DNA of 64,000 nucleotides from Planctomycetota bacterium (GTDB taxonomy: Bacteria; Planctomycetota; UBA11346): assembly GCA_038213805.1 (NCBI GenBank), contig JBBQSO010000006.1, positions 1-64,000 on the forward strand, in the 5' to 3' direction. Positions 36,941-51,000 of this stretch are shown here, one piece after another. Below the pieces are notes generated by a model that was not told where the DNA came from, searched no databases, and saw nothing but the letters and a program-made list of their open reading frames with translations. The translations under genes and the position numbers were made by a program. Position 1 is the stretch's first letter. The number at the start of each line of letters is the position of its first letter.

Positions 36941-38887
36941 TCATCTGGCGGTGGGTGGATCCAATCGGATGCGTCGCGCTTCCGCCAGCCGCCGCCACCC
37001 CACCGCCAGCGCCACGCCGAGCAGTCCGAACGCCGCCCAGATGCCCAGCCAGGCCTTGTTCGCGGGCATGACGTAAGGCAGCCCGCAGAGGCCGATGACG
37101 GCGAGCGGCAGCGCGGTTGCCCAGTCGCGTGCGCGCCAGGCGGCGGTGGCGAGCGCTGCGATCAGCGCGGGGATGGCAAGCCAGGGGAGGAGGGGGAGGG
37201 GTGATGGATCCCCGTGGGTGCGGTGGTCCAGGGCGCCGAGCAGCCCGGCCAGTGCGACCCACGCGGACAGGCGCGCGACGCGTCGCGACACCACGGACGG
37301 CAGGATGGCGACGCCCACCAGCACGGTCATGCCCACGACCAGCGCGACCAGCGCGGCTGGCCCCAGCTGGTGTTCGGTCAGCCAGTCGTGGACAGCGGGG
37401 ATGAGGGCGAGCGCCACCTCGAGGATGACTGCGGCCACCAGTGCCTGAGCCGGCCGGCGGCGCCAGGCGGCCCAGAGGATCGCGGCCACCGCCGCGGTCA
37501 CGGCCGCCGCGGCGGGGTGCATGCCAGGGCCATCGTGCGCATCCCAGATAAGCACCGCGGTCAGCAGCGCGGCGAGCGATCCGAGCGCCAGGCCGTTGCG
37601 GCGCCGGTGCAGCCAGAGTTCGGCGCCGCCGGCGGTGAGCAGCAGCAGGGTGGCCTCGGGCGAGACCGTCGCGCGCAGTGCGGCCTGGATGAGCCAGTCG
37701 CCGCTGTCACCGGTGGGGACGCGGATCGCTGCCGGGGTGGCGGCCAGGACCAGGGCGACCAGTCCCGCTCCCGGCAGGGCGAAGGCCAGACAGTCGCGCA
37801 GGGTGCCGGGCAGGCCCGGTCGCGCCGCCGCGCGCAGTTCGTTGCCGAGCACCAGCAGCAGGGCGGCGAGGGGGGCGAAGTCGCTCCAAGCCAGGTCAAG
37901 GCCGGCAGTGTAACCGAGCACGAACTGGTGCAGGCCGGCGGTGGCGAGCATGACCAGGGCCTGCACCCAGCGCATCGCCGGCCGCGCCAGGAAGCCGCGC
38001 TCTGCGGCGGTCCACGGCGTCGCCCCACGGGCCAGGGCGACGACCAGCAGCAGCGCCGCTGCGAGCACCAGCCACCAGCCGGGCAGCCATAGGATCATGG
38101 GCGCCAGGCCGCGATCGGGACCGGCCGCGCCGGTCGGGGTGAGGGAGGCGTTCAGGCCCATCGCGCCCGGCCACAGGAAGCTCCAGCCGGCGATCAGCAG
38201 GAGGGGGAGGCGGAGGGCATGGGGGGTGAGGGGTACGGGAACGGCCACGGCTTCGGCCCGACCAGTGGCCGGGGCCGCGCTGGTGGCGCGGTTCCAGATC
38301 CGCCAGGTGACCAGGCTCAGGCCCAGCCCGCCGGCCCCGAGCAGCAGGGTGACGTAGGGGCAGTCGGTGGCGACCAGGTCGAGGGTCAGGCCGGCGGCGA
38401 TGGTGAAGGCCGCACCGACCACGCTCGCAGCGATGCCGTCGGGATTGGCCGGCTGCCAGCGGCACATGGCCCAGACCACTCCGAGCAGGGCAGCGAGGTA
38501 GGTCGCGAGGATGCCGCTCACCGCCAGGCGGCCGGTGACCTGGCCGGGATCGCCGATGGTCGGCGCGAGCAGGCCCCAGGCGCCACCGAGCAGGCTGGCC
38601 GCACTGAGCAGAGTGATCAGGCTGGCCGCTTCCGGCCAAGCGATGAAGGCGCGCGTCTGCGCGCCGACGGTGCGGTCTTCGTCCTGGGGGCGGTGCTGTC
38701 GCTGGTGGGTGGCAGGGTGGGACCCTTGTGATCCGGTGCGGGTGGATGCTCCTCGGGCTGCGGATTCCGCCATCTCCGGAAACTGCTTAACAGATGTGGC
38801 TGGTCGCGGCTGGGATTCCTCCAGCCCGGGAAGTGGGGTCGAGGGCACGCCGTCGGCGCTGGCATCAGGTGCTGTTGGGTCATGCAT
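36941..38887 (-). CDS. Polytopic membrane protein of unknown function
   Basis: Many consecutive hydrophobic helices; GGGAGAG RBS before ATG 38887. Confidence 0.75.
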   Translation of the reverse strand: MHDPTAPDASADGVPSTPLPGLEESQPRPATSVKQFPEMAESAARGASTRTGSQGSHPATHQRQHRPQDEDRTVGAQTRAFIAWPEAASLITLLSAASLLGGAWGLLAPTIGDPGQVTGRLAVSGILATYLAALLGVVWAMCRWQPANPDGIAASVVGAAFTIAAGLTLDLVATDCPYVTLLLGAGGLGLSLVTWRIWNRATSAAPATGRAEAVAVPVPLTPHALRLPLLLIAGWSFLWPGAMGLNASLTPTGAAGPDRGLAPMILWLPGWWLVLAAALLLVVALARGATPWTAAERGFLARPAMRWVQALVMLATAGLHQFVLGYTAGLDLAWSDFAPLAALLLVLGNELRAAARPGLPGTLRDCLAFALPGAGLVALVLAATPAAIRVPTGDSGDWLIQAALRATVSPEATLLLLTAGGAELWLHRRRNGLALGSLAALLTAVLIWDAHDGPGMHPAAAAVTAAVAAILWAAWRRRPAQALVAAVILEVALALIPAVHDWLTEHQLGPAALVALVVGMTVLVGVAILPSVVSRRVARLSAWVALAGLLGALDHRTHGDPSPLPLLPWLAIPALIAALATAAWRARDWATALPLAVIGLCGLPYVMPANKAWLGIWAAFGLLGVALAVGWRRLAEARRIRLDPPTAR

Positions 38888-39068
38888 GGCGGCTCTCCCG
38901 GTGGTTCTGGAAGAAATTACCCTGCTGGCGCATGGCCCGGGCGGATCACCGCGTGCGCCATTGCGCACGTCCGCAATTTCTTGCGCGCAGATGCCGGAAA
39001 TGGGTGCAGGCGGCGCGGTCTTGGCGTACGGGATTGCGCGGTGGCGGTTCGTGGGCCATTCTCACTCC

Positions 39069-39989
39069 ATGGACAAGGGCGAGCATTTCGGCGATCTGTT
39101 TTCGTCCCTGGTGCGCCGGCGCGGGTTGACCATGGCGGCGTTCGCGGCCCTGGTCGAGGCCAGCCCGTCGAGCTTGAGCCGCATCCGCACCGGCAAGCAG
39201 GCGCCGGAGCCGGCGCACGCGGAACGCTGGGCGGCGACCCTGGGCCTGGAGGGCCCGGAGCGGCGCGAATTCCTGGCCTCGGCCCTGCTCGCGGCGACCC
39301 CCGCGCCGATCCGCGCGCGTCTGCACGAAGCCGAGACCCAGACCGCGGCGGCGCGCGATCAGGGCGCGCGCCTGGCCGAGGATTTCGGGCGTTACCGTTC
39401 GATGACCGGCTTCCACGACGGGTCGTGGCTGACCTACTCGCGCTCGTTCCTCAACGACGGCCTGGTGCAGCGCAGTCTGCTCAAGATCGACGGCGATCGC
39501 GCCGCCCTCGAGGTGCGTACTGCGGGTATGCTGCGGTACAGCTACCACGGCAGCTGCGAGGCCTTGGGCGACAAGCTCTTCCTACGTCTGGCAGAGGATC
39601 GCGGCGGCGTCGAATGGGTGCAGATCACCCTGCATTCCCTGTTCGATTGGAGCCGTCCGGCCTTCCTGTACGGACTGGTGTGCGGCATCTCCGGGAAGGA
39701 CGTGCAGCATGGTCTGAGCTGGCCGGCTGCGGCGCGCATGGTGCTGCTGCATGTGCCACAGCCGGTTGGCGAGCCAGCCATCAACGAACGGCGCCGTCAG
39801 TTGACCGACATCCTCGGCGCCTTTCCGGCGGGTCAGTTGCGTCACCTGTGGCCGGGTTTCCTGGGCGAGGACGATCATCTGCGCGCGGCCCTGCGCCTGG
39901 ACGATGGCGACCTTGACGCGACCCTGCTGCGCCTGACCGACAACGGCCTGGGCAACGATCACGTGCTGCGCGCGGTGCTGGGCGCCTAA
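39069..39989 (+). CDS. XRE-family HTH regulator with uncharacterised C-terminal beta domain
   Basis: FGDLFSSLVRRRGLTMAAFAALVEASPSSLSRIRTGKQAP. Confidence 0.8.
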   Translation: MDKGEHFGDLFSSLVRRRGLTMAAFAALVEASPSSLSRIRTGKQAPEPAHAERWAATLGLEGPERREFLASALLAATPAPIRARLHEAETQTAAARDQGARLAEDFGRYRSMTGFHDGSWLTYSRSFLNDGLVQRSLLKIDGDRAALEVRTAGMLRYSYHGSCEALGDKLFLRLAEDRGGVEWVQITLHSLFDWSRPAFLYGLVCGISGKDVQHGLSWPAAARMVLLHVPQPVGEPAINERRRQLTDILGAFPAGQLRHLWPGFLGEDDHLRAALRLDDGDLDATLLRLTDNGLGNDHVLRAVLGA

Positions 39990-39998
39990 GCGTCTGCG

Positions 39999-40037
39999 AA
40001 AACGCGTAAACCCTGGCCAAAGGCCAGGGTTTACGCG
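39999..40037 (-). terminator. Intrinsic terminator of eno (possibly bidirectional)
   Basis: Perfect 16-bp stem CGCGTAAACCCTGGCC-aaa-GGCCAGGGTTTACGCG followed by TTTT on the minus strand. Confidence 0.85.
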
Positions 40038-40058
40038 CGATTCGATGACTGCCGCGAG

Positions 40059-41720
<1,662 letters not shown>

Positions 41721-42094
41721 TCATGTCTGGGCGCGCGTCGTCAGGGCGCATGGACCATCCCGCACACGCGCGTGGCGGCGCGACGCGCGTCCTCGGCAGC
41801 GCGGTGCGGGCGCGCGCAGGCGGCTGCCGCGACGACGCATCGTCGATGGCCCCCTTGCGTGTTGAACGTGGCTAAGGGTATGGTTGCCGACTCCGCGATC
41901 CGACGCCGGAAGCGGAGCCACGTTCCGTCGCGTGCAGCCAGGCCGTCCTCCGGGAGGGCCAACCCTGTACGCGACCCGCTCTTTGGCCGCCCCAGGTGGA
42001 GATTCATCTCAAGTCGGGACGGCGCCGTGCCGTTCATGACTCGCTTCCTCTCCGCAGGGATTCCCTGCACCCGCATTTGCTCCGGAGCTTGTCC

Positions 42095-45000
42095 ATGCGC
42101 CTCAACGCCTCTCCCGCCGTGACCGCGACCGCCTGGACCATCGGGGCCGCCCTCCGGCGAGCGCAGGACACCCTGAGGTCGGGAGCGCGCTGGGCGCTAG
42201 GGTTGCTGCTGTGCGTCGCGACGACCTTCGCCGCCGCGGCCACCGCGCCTACCGTCGTCATCACCTGCCCGGCAGTCACCGCCGCCTCGACCAACCTCTC
42301 AGTCGTCACCTTCACCGCCACCTTCAGCCAGGCGGTCTCGGGCTTCGACGTCAGCGGCATCACCACCGTCAACGCCGCGGCCGGCGCCTTCACCGTGGTC
42401 AACGCCACCGTCTACACCTTCTCGATGACCCCGGCGGCCGAGGGCGTGTTCAGCGCCAAGGTCAACGCCGGCGCCTGCACCGCCACCGCGGCGGGCGCCA
42501 CCCCCAACCTCGCCTCGGTGGTGTTCGCCAAGACCTACGATGTCACCGCGCCGACCACCACCATCACCTCGACCGCGCCGTCGCTGACCAACACCACCAT
42601 CCCCATCAAGATCACCTTCAATGAGGCGGTCGCCGGGTTCACGCTCACCGACATCACCGTCAGCGGCGGCACGGTCGCCAGCTTCGCCGGCAGCGGCGCG
42701 ACCTACACCGCGATCGTCACCGCCAGCGGCGACGGCAGCGTGACCGTCGATGTGGCGGGCGGCGCCTGCACCGACATCGCCGGCAACGCCAACGTCGTCG
42801 CGACCCAGCTGGTGCGCACCTTCGACCACACCGCGCCGACCGCCACCATCACCACCACCGCAGCGAGCCCGGTCAACGCCGCGTATCCGGTGACCGTGAC
42901 GTTCAGTGAGGCGGTGACCGCTTTCATCGCCACGAACATGACCGTGACCGGCGGGACGATCGCGAGCTTCGCCGGCAGCGGCTCGACCTACACCTTCACC
43001 GTCAACCCGACGCTGCAGGGCAACGTCACCGTCGCCCTGACGGCGAGCAAGACCAAGGATCTGGCCGGCAACTTCAACAGCGCCGCCACCAGCCTGGTCG
43101 TGGTCTTCGACTCGGTGCGCCCGACCGCCGCGTTCACCTCGACGGTGTCGACCGCCACCACCAACCTCGCCACCATCCCGATGACCCTGACCTTCTCGGA
43201 GGTGGTCACCGGCTTTGACATCTCGCAGATCGCGGTCACCAACGGCGCCACCAGCAACGCCGCGGGCAGCGGTCGCACCTACACCTTCGACCTGGCGCCG
43301 ACCGCCGAGGGCGCGGTGACGGTGAACTACGCCATCGGCCAGGTCGCCGATGCGGCCAACAACACCAATACCGCCTCCGCCGCGTTCACCAGGACCTACG
43401 ACACCACTGCGCCGACGATCTCGATCACCAGCACCGCGCCGACCCTGACCAACGCGGTCATCCCGATCAAGATCACCTTCAGCGAGGCGGTCACCGGCTT
43501 CACCCTTGGCGACATCACCGTCGGCAACGGCACGGCCTCGGCGCTGCTCGGCAGCGGCGCGAGCTATACCGCCAACGTCACCGCCACCACCGACGGGCAG
43601 GTCACCGTCGACGTGGCCGACGCGGTGTGCACCGACATCGCCGGTAACGCCGATATCGCCGCCTCGCAGTTCAGCGTGGCCTTCGACAAGACCTCGCCGA
43701 TCGCCACCATCGCCACCACCACGCCGACCCCGTCGAACGTGCCCTTCGCGGTGACCGTGTCCTTCGACGAGGCGGTCACCGGCTTCGTCGCCAGCGACAT
43801 GAGCGTGACCAACGGCGCGATCTCGGGCTTCGCGGGCAGCGGCGCCAGCTACAGCATGGTCATCACCCCCGCCACGCAGGGCAACGTCACCATCACGATG
43901 ACTGCGGCCAAGTGCCTCGACCTGGCGGGCAACAGCAACCTCGCCGCCACCGCGCTGGCCGTGGTCTTTGATACCGTGAAACCGACCGTGGTCTTCACCT
44001 CCACGATCAGCGCCGCCAGCACCAACCTGTCGACCATCCCGGTGACCGCCACCTTCTCGGAGGTGGTGACCGGCTTCAGCGACAGCCAGCTCACCCTGGT
44101 CAACGGCTCAACCGCCAATCTCGCCGGCAGCGGCCGCACCTACACCTTCGACCTCAACCCCGGCGTCGAGGGCACGGTCACCGTCGCGCTGCCTGCGGGC
44201 CAGGCGACCGATGCGGCCGGCAACACCAACAGTCTGTCCACCACCTTCAGCAAGGCCTACGACCTGACCGCGCCGACCGTGACGGTGACCGGCACCGGTC
44301 CGGCCGTGACCAACACCACCATCCCCATCCGCATCGTCTTCAACGAGGCGGTGAGCGGCTTCACCGTCGGCGACCTGACCGTGGTCGGCGGCACCGCCGG
44401 CTCGTTCGCGGGTTCGGGCGCCACCTACACCGCGGTCATCACTGCGACCAGCGACGGCACCGTCACCGTGGATATCGACGCCGCGGTGTGCACCGACATC
44501 GCCGGCAACGCCCTGGCCGCGGGCACCGCGCAGTTCAGCGCGGTGTTCGACCATACCGCGCCGACCGCGACCATCGCCTCGACTTCGACCAGCCCGACCA
44601 GCGCCGCGTTCCCCGTGACCATCGTCTTCAGCGAGCCGGTGACGGCCTTCGTCGTCGCCAACGTCACCGTCACCAACGGCACCATCTCGGGCTTCTCGGG
44701 CAGCGGCGCCAACTACGCCTTCACCGTCACTCCGCCGGCCCAGGGCACCGCGGTGGTGGCTCTGACCGCGGGCAAGGTCAAGGACCTGGCCGGCAACTTC
44801 AACCTCGCGGCCGGCAGCCTGAGCATGGCCTTCGACAGCGTGCATCCGACCGTCGTGCTGAGCTCGACCCTGACCGTGGGCAGCACCAACCTCTCGACCA
44901 TCCCGGTCACGGCGACCTTCTCGGAGACCGTCACCGGCGTCGACTTCACCACGTTGACCCTGGTCAACGGTGTGGTCGCCAACTTCACCGGCGGCGGCCG

Positions 45001-48000
45001 CACCTACACCTTCGATCTGAACCCGAGCGCCGAGGGCACGGTCAGCGTCACCGTCCCCGCCAACAACGCGACCGACGGCGCCGGCAATGGCAACACCGCG
45101 AGCGCGACCTTCACCCGCGCCTACGACCTGACTGGGCCTACCCCGACCATCACCTCGACCGCTGCCAACCTGGTCAGCACCACCATTCCGGTCGTGGTGA
45201 CCTGGGATGAGGCCGTTACCGGCTTCACCCTCGCCGACGTCACCGTCGGCAACGGCACCGCGGGCTCCTTCGCCGGTTCGGGCGCCTCGTACAGCTTCCT
45301 GATCACCGCCACCGCCGACGGCACCGTCACCGTCGACATCGCCGGTTCGACCTGCACCGATATCGCGACCAACATCAACAACGCCGCCACCCAGTTCAGC
45401 CGCGTGGTCTTCGACCACACCGCGCCGACGGCGGTCATCACCACCACTGCGTCCAGCCGGACCAACGCCGCGATCCCGGTGACCATCACCTTCAGCGAGC
45501 CGGTGACGGCATTCGTCGCCACCAACGTCACGGTCACCAACGGCGTGATCTCCGGTTTCGCGGGCAGCGGCGCGACCTACAGCTTCACCGTCACCCCGCC
45601 CGCCCAGGGCACCGCGACCATCGCCCTGGCCGCGAACAAGGTGAAGGACATCGCCGGCAACTTCAACCTCGCCGCGACCAGCCTGCCGGTGGTCTTCGAT
45701 ACCGTGCACCCGACCGTCGCGCTGACCGCAGCGCTGGCGTCGAGCAGCTTCAACACCGGCAGCTTCCACGTCACCGCGACCTTCAGCGAGGCGGTGACCG
45801 GCTTCGATGAAACCGATGTCACCGTGGTCAACGGCGCGGTCGCGAACCTCACCGGCAGCGGCGCGAGCTACAGCTTCGACGTCACCACCGCCGTCACCGG
45901 CGCGGTCGCGGTGTCGATCGCCGCCAACGTCTGCACCGACCTGGCGACCAACAACAACCTGGCCTCGACCACCCTGACCAAGACCTATGACCTCAACGGT
46001 CCAGGCATGATCATCACCTCGACCGCGCCGGCGATCACCAAGGTGGCGATCCCGGTGACCATCACCTTCGACCAGCCGGTTACCGGCTTCGCGGTCGGTG
46101 ACCTGACGGTTGGCAACGGCACGGCCGGCAGCTTCACCGGCAGCGGCGCGACCTACAGCGCGGTGCTGACCGCCAGTGGCGACGGCACCGTCACCCTTGA
46201 TATCGCCGCGGGGGTCTGCCAGGACCTCGCCGCCAACGACAACACCAGCGGCATCCAGTTCGTCCGCACTTTCGACTCGACTGCCCCGACCGCGGTCTTC
46301 GCCACCACCGCGGCCAACCCGAGCAATGTCGCCATCCCCGTCACGGTGACCTTCAGCGAGACCGTGACCGGCTTCACGGCCAGCGCCCTGACCCTGACCA
46401 ACGGCACTGTGTCGGCCTTCGCGGGCTCGGGAGCGACCTACAGCTTCACGCTCTCCGCGGTCGCCCAGGGCACCGTGACGGTGGCCTTCGCGGCCAACAA
46501 ATACCATGACGTGCCCGGCAACTTCAATACGGCCACCACCACCATGAGCGTGGTCTTCGACACCGTGCGGCCGAGCGTCACCCTGACCTCCTCCGTGGCC
46601 TCGGCGACCTTCAACACCGGCACCTTCCCGGTGGTGGTGACCTTCAGCGAGGCGGTGACCGGCTTCGACGCGAGCTCGCTCACGATCGGCAACGGCGCCG
46701 TCGCCAACTTCGCCGGCAGCGGCGCGAGCTACAGCTTCGACGTCACCACCGCCACCCCCGGTGCGGTCACGGTGGCGGTCGCGGCCAGCGTCTGCACCGA
46801 CCTGGCGATCAACGACAACTTCGCATCGACAGTGCTGACGAAGACCTACGACACCACCGGCCAGACCCCGGTGATCGCCTCGACGGCGCCGGCGCTGACC
46901 AACGCGGCGATCCCGATCACCGTGACCTTCGGCCAGGCCGTCACCGGCTTCACCTCGGGTGATCTGACCGTCGGCAACGGCACGGTCACGGCCTTCAGCG
47001 GTTCAGGCGCGACCTACGCCGCGACCATCACCGCGACCACCGACGGCACCGTGACCGTCGACATCGCCGCGGGCGTCGCCCAGGATCTCGCCGGCAACGA
47101 CACCAGCACCGGTGCGCAGTTCTCGCGCAGCTTCGACCACACCCTGCCGACCGCGGCCATCGCCTTCGGCGGCGCCAACCCGACCAACGTCGCGATCCCG
47201 GTGACGGTGACCTTCAGTGAGCCGGTGAGCGGCTTCCTGGCTACCGCGCTGACCTTGACCAACGGCTCGGTCTCGGCCTTCGCCGGCTCGGGCGCGACGT
47301 ACACCTTCACCATGACTGCGACCACGCAGGGCACCGTGACGGTGGCCTTCGCGGCCAGCAAGTACCGCGACCTGGCGAACAATCTCAACACCGCGACCAC
47401 CACCCAGAGCGCGGTGTTCGACACCGTGCGGCCGACCGTGGTGCTGAGCACCAGCCTGGCCTCGGCCAGCTTCAACAGCGGCACCTTCCATGTCATCGCG
47501 ACCTTCAGTGAGGCGGTGACCGGCTTCGACGTCAGCGATGTGACCGTGACCAATGGTGCGGCCGCGGGCTTCACCGGCACCGGCGCGAGCTACGCCTTCG
47601 ACGTGACCACGGCTACCCTGGGCGCGGTTTCGGTGTCGATCGCGGCCAACGTCTGCACCGACCTGGCGATCAACAACAACGTCGCCTCGAGCGCGCTGGT
47701 CAAGACCTACGACACCAACGGGCCTGCAGTGGTCGTCACCTCGAACGCCCCGGCGCTGACCAACACCACCATTCCCATCACCGTGACCTTCGACCAGGCC
47801 GTCACCGGCTTCATCGCGGGCGACCTGACGGTGGGCAACGGCACGGTCTCGGCCTTCAGCGGCTCGGGCGCGACCTATGCGGTGACCATCACGGCGACCA
47901 CTGACGGCACCGTGACCGTCGACATCGCGGGCGGCGTCGCCCAGGACCTGGCCGGCAACAACAACACCACCGGCGCGCAGTTCTCGCGCACCTTCGACCA

Positions 48001-51000
48001 CACCCTGCCGACCGCGGCCATCGCCTTCACCGGCGCCAACCCGAGCAACGTCGTCCTGCCCGTGACGGTGACGTTCAGCGAGCCGGTGAGCGGCTTCCTG
48101 GTCAGCGCGCTGACCCTGACCAACGGCACCGCCTCGGCGGCGACCGGCAGCGGCGCGACCTACAGCTTCACCGTGACCGCGACCACGCAGGGCACCGTGA
48201 CGGTGGCCTTTGCGACGACCAAGTACCGTGACCTGGCAGGCAACTTCAATACCGCGACGACCACCCAGAGCGCGGTGTTCGACACCGTGCGGCCGACCGT
48301 GGCGCTGAGCACCAGCCTGACCTCGGGCAGCTTCAACAGCGGCAGCTTCCACGTCATCGCGACCTTCAGCGAAGCGGTGACCGGCTTCGACGTCAGCGAT
48401 GTGACCGTGACCAATGGCGCGGCCGCCGGCTTCACCGGCACCGGCGCCAGCTACGCCTTCGACGTGACCACGGCCACCGTGGGCGCGGTCTCGGTGTCGA
48501 TCGCGGCCAACGTCTGCACCGACCTGGCGATCAACAACAACGTCGCGTCGAGCGCGCTGGTCAAGACCTACGACACCTCGGCCCCGGGCCTGCTCATCAC
48601 CTCGGCCGCTCCGGCCATCACCAACAGCACCATTCCGCTCACCGTGACCTTCGACCAGGCGGTGACCGGCTTCATCGCGGGCGACCTGACCGTCGGCAAC
48701 GGCACGGTCACGGCCTTCAGCGGCTCGGGCGCGACCTATGCGGTGACCATCACCGCGACCACCGACGGTACTGTGACCGTCGATATCGCGGGCGGCGTCG
48801 CCCAGGACCTGGCCGGCAACAACAACACCACCGGCGCGCAGTTTGCGCGCACCTTCGACCACACCGCTCCGACCGCGGCGATCGCCCTGGGCGGCGCCAA
48901 CCCGACCAACACCACCATCCCCGTGACGGTGACCTTCAGCGAGCCGGTGAGCGGCTTCCTGGTCAGCGCGCTGACCCTGACCAACGGTACCGCCTCGGCG
49001 GCCACCGGCAGCGGCGCGACCTACAGCTTCACCGTGACCGCGACCACGCAGGGCACCGTGACGGTGGCCTTCGCGACGACGAAGTACCGCGACCTGGCGG
49101 GCAACTTCAACACTGCGACCACCACCCAGAGCGCGGTGTTCGACACCGTCCGCCCAACGGTTGCGCTGACCAGCACCACGACCTCGCCGCTGTTCAACAC
49201 CGGGACCTTCCGCGTCATCGCGACCTTCAGTGAGGCGGTGACCGGCTTCGACGTCAGCGATGTCACGGTCTCGAACGGTGCGGCCTCGGGCTTCACCGGT
49301 ACGGGCGCGAGCTACGCCTTCGACGTCACCACTGCCACCATCGGGCAGGTCTCGGTGTCGATCGCGGCCAACGTCTGCACCGACCTGGCGATCAACAACA
49401 ACGTCGCCTCGAGTGCCATGGTCAAGACCTATGACACCAACGGGCCGGGCGTGACCATCACCTCGACCGCCCCGGCGATCACCAATGCCGCCATCCCGGT
49501 GACCATCACCTTCGACCAGCAGGTCACCGGCTTCAGCCCGACCGACCTGACGATCGGCAACGGCAGCGTCGCGGCCTTCAGCGGCTCGGGCGCGACCTAT
49601 GCGGTGACCATCACCGCGACCAGCGACGGCACTGTGACCGTCGACATCGCGGGTGGCGTCTGTCAGGACCTGGCCGGCAACAACAACACCACCGGCGCGC
49701 AGTTCTCGCGCACCTTCGACCATGTCGCGCCGACGTCCGCCATCACCCTGGGCGGCAGCAACCCGACCAACACCACCATCCCGGTGACGATCACGTTCAG
49801 CGAGACCGTGAGCGGCTTTGCCGCCAGCGCGCTGACCATCACCAACGGTACCGCCTCGGCGGTCAGCGGCAGCGGCGCGACCTACGCCCTCACCGTGACC
49901 GCGACCACGCAGGGCACCGTGACGGTGGCCTTCGCGGCTAGCAAATACCGCGACCTCGCCGGCAACTTCAACACCGCGACCACCACCCAGAGTGCGCTCT
50001 TCGACAGCGTGCGGCCGACCGTGGTGCTGAGCACCAGCCTGGCTTCGAGCAGCTTCAACACCGGCAGCTTCCATGTCATCGCGATCTTCAGCGAGGCGGT
50101 GACCGGCTTCGACGTCAGCGATGTGACCGTGACCAACGGCGCGGCCGCCGGCTTCACCGGCACCGGCGCGAGCTACGCCTTCGACGTCACCACGGCGACC
50201 CCGGGCGTGGTCACGGCGTCGATCGCGACCAGCGCCTGCGCTGACGCCGCGACCAACGCGAACCTCGCGTCGAACACCCTGTCCAAGGTCTTCAACACCA
50301 CCGGACCGGTTCCGGCGATCGCCACGAGCGCTCCCGGCCTGACCAACACCACCATCCCGATCACCGTGACCTTCACCGCGCCGGTGACCGGCTTCACCCA
50401 GGGCGACCTGACCATCGGCAACGGCACGGTCTCGGCCTTCAGCGGCTCGGGCGCGACCTATGCGGCGACCATCACCGCGACCACCGACGGCACCGTGACC
50501 GTCGACATCGCCGCGGGTGTCGCCCAGGACCTGGCCGGCAACGACAACAGCACCGGCGTGCAGCTGGCGCGCACCTTCGACCACACCGCGCCGACCGCGG
50601 CCCTGGCCCTGGGCGGAGCCAACCCGACCAACACCACCATCCCGGTGACGGTCACCTTCAGCGAGGCGGTGAGCGGCTTCGCGGCCAGCGCGCTGACCAT
50701 CACCAACGGCACCGCCTCGGCGGTCAGCGGTAGCGGTGCGACCTACGCCTTCACCGTCACTGCGACCACGCAGGGCACCGTGACGGTGGCCTTCGCGGCG
50801 AACAAATACCGCGACTTCGCGAACAACTTCAACACTGCGACCAGCACCCAGAGCGCGGTGTTCGACACCGTCCGTCCGACCGTGGTGCTGACCACCAGCC
50901 TGGTCTCGGGCAGCTTCAACACTGGCACCTTCCATGTCATCGCGACCTTCAGCGAGGCGGTGACCGGCTTCGACGTCAGCGATGTGACGGTGACCAACGG

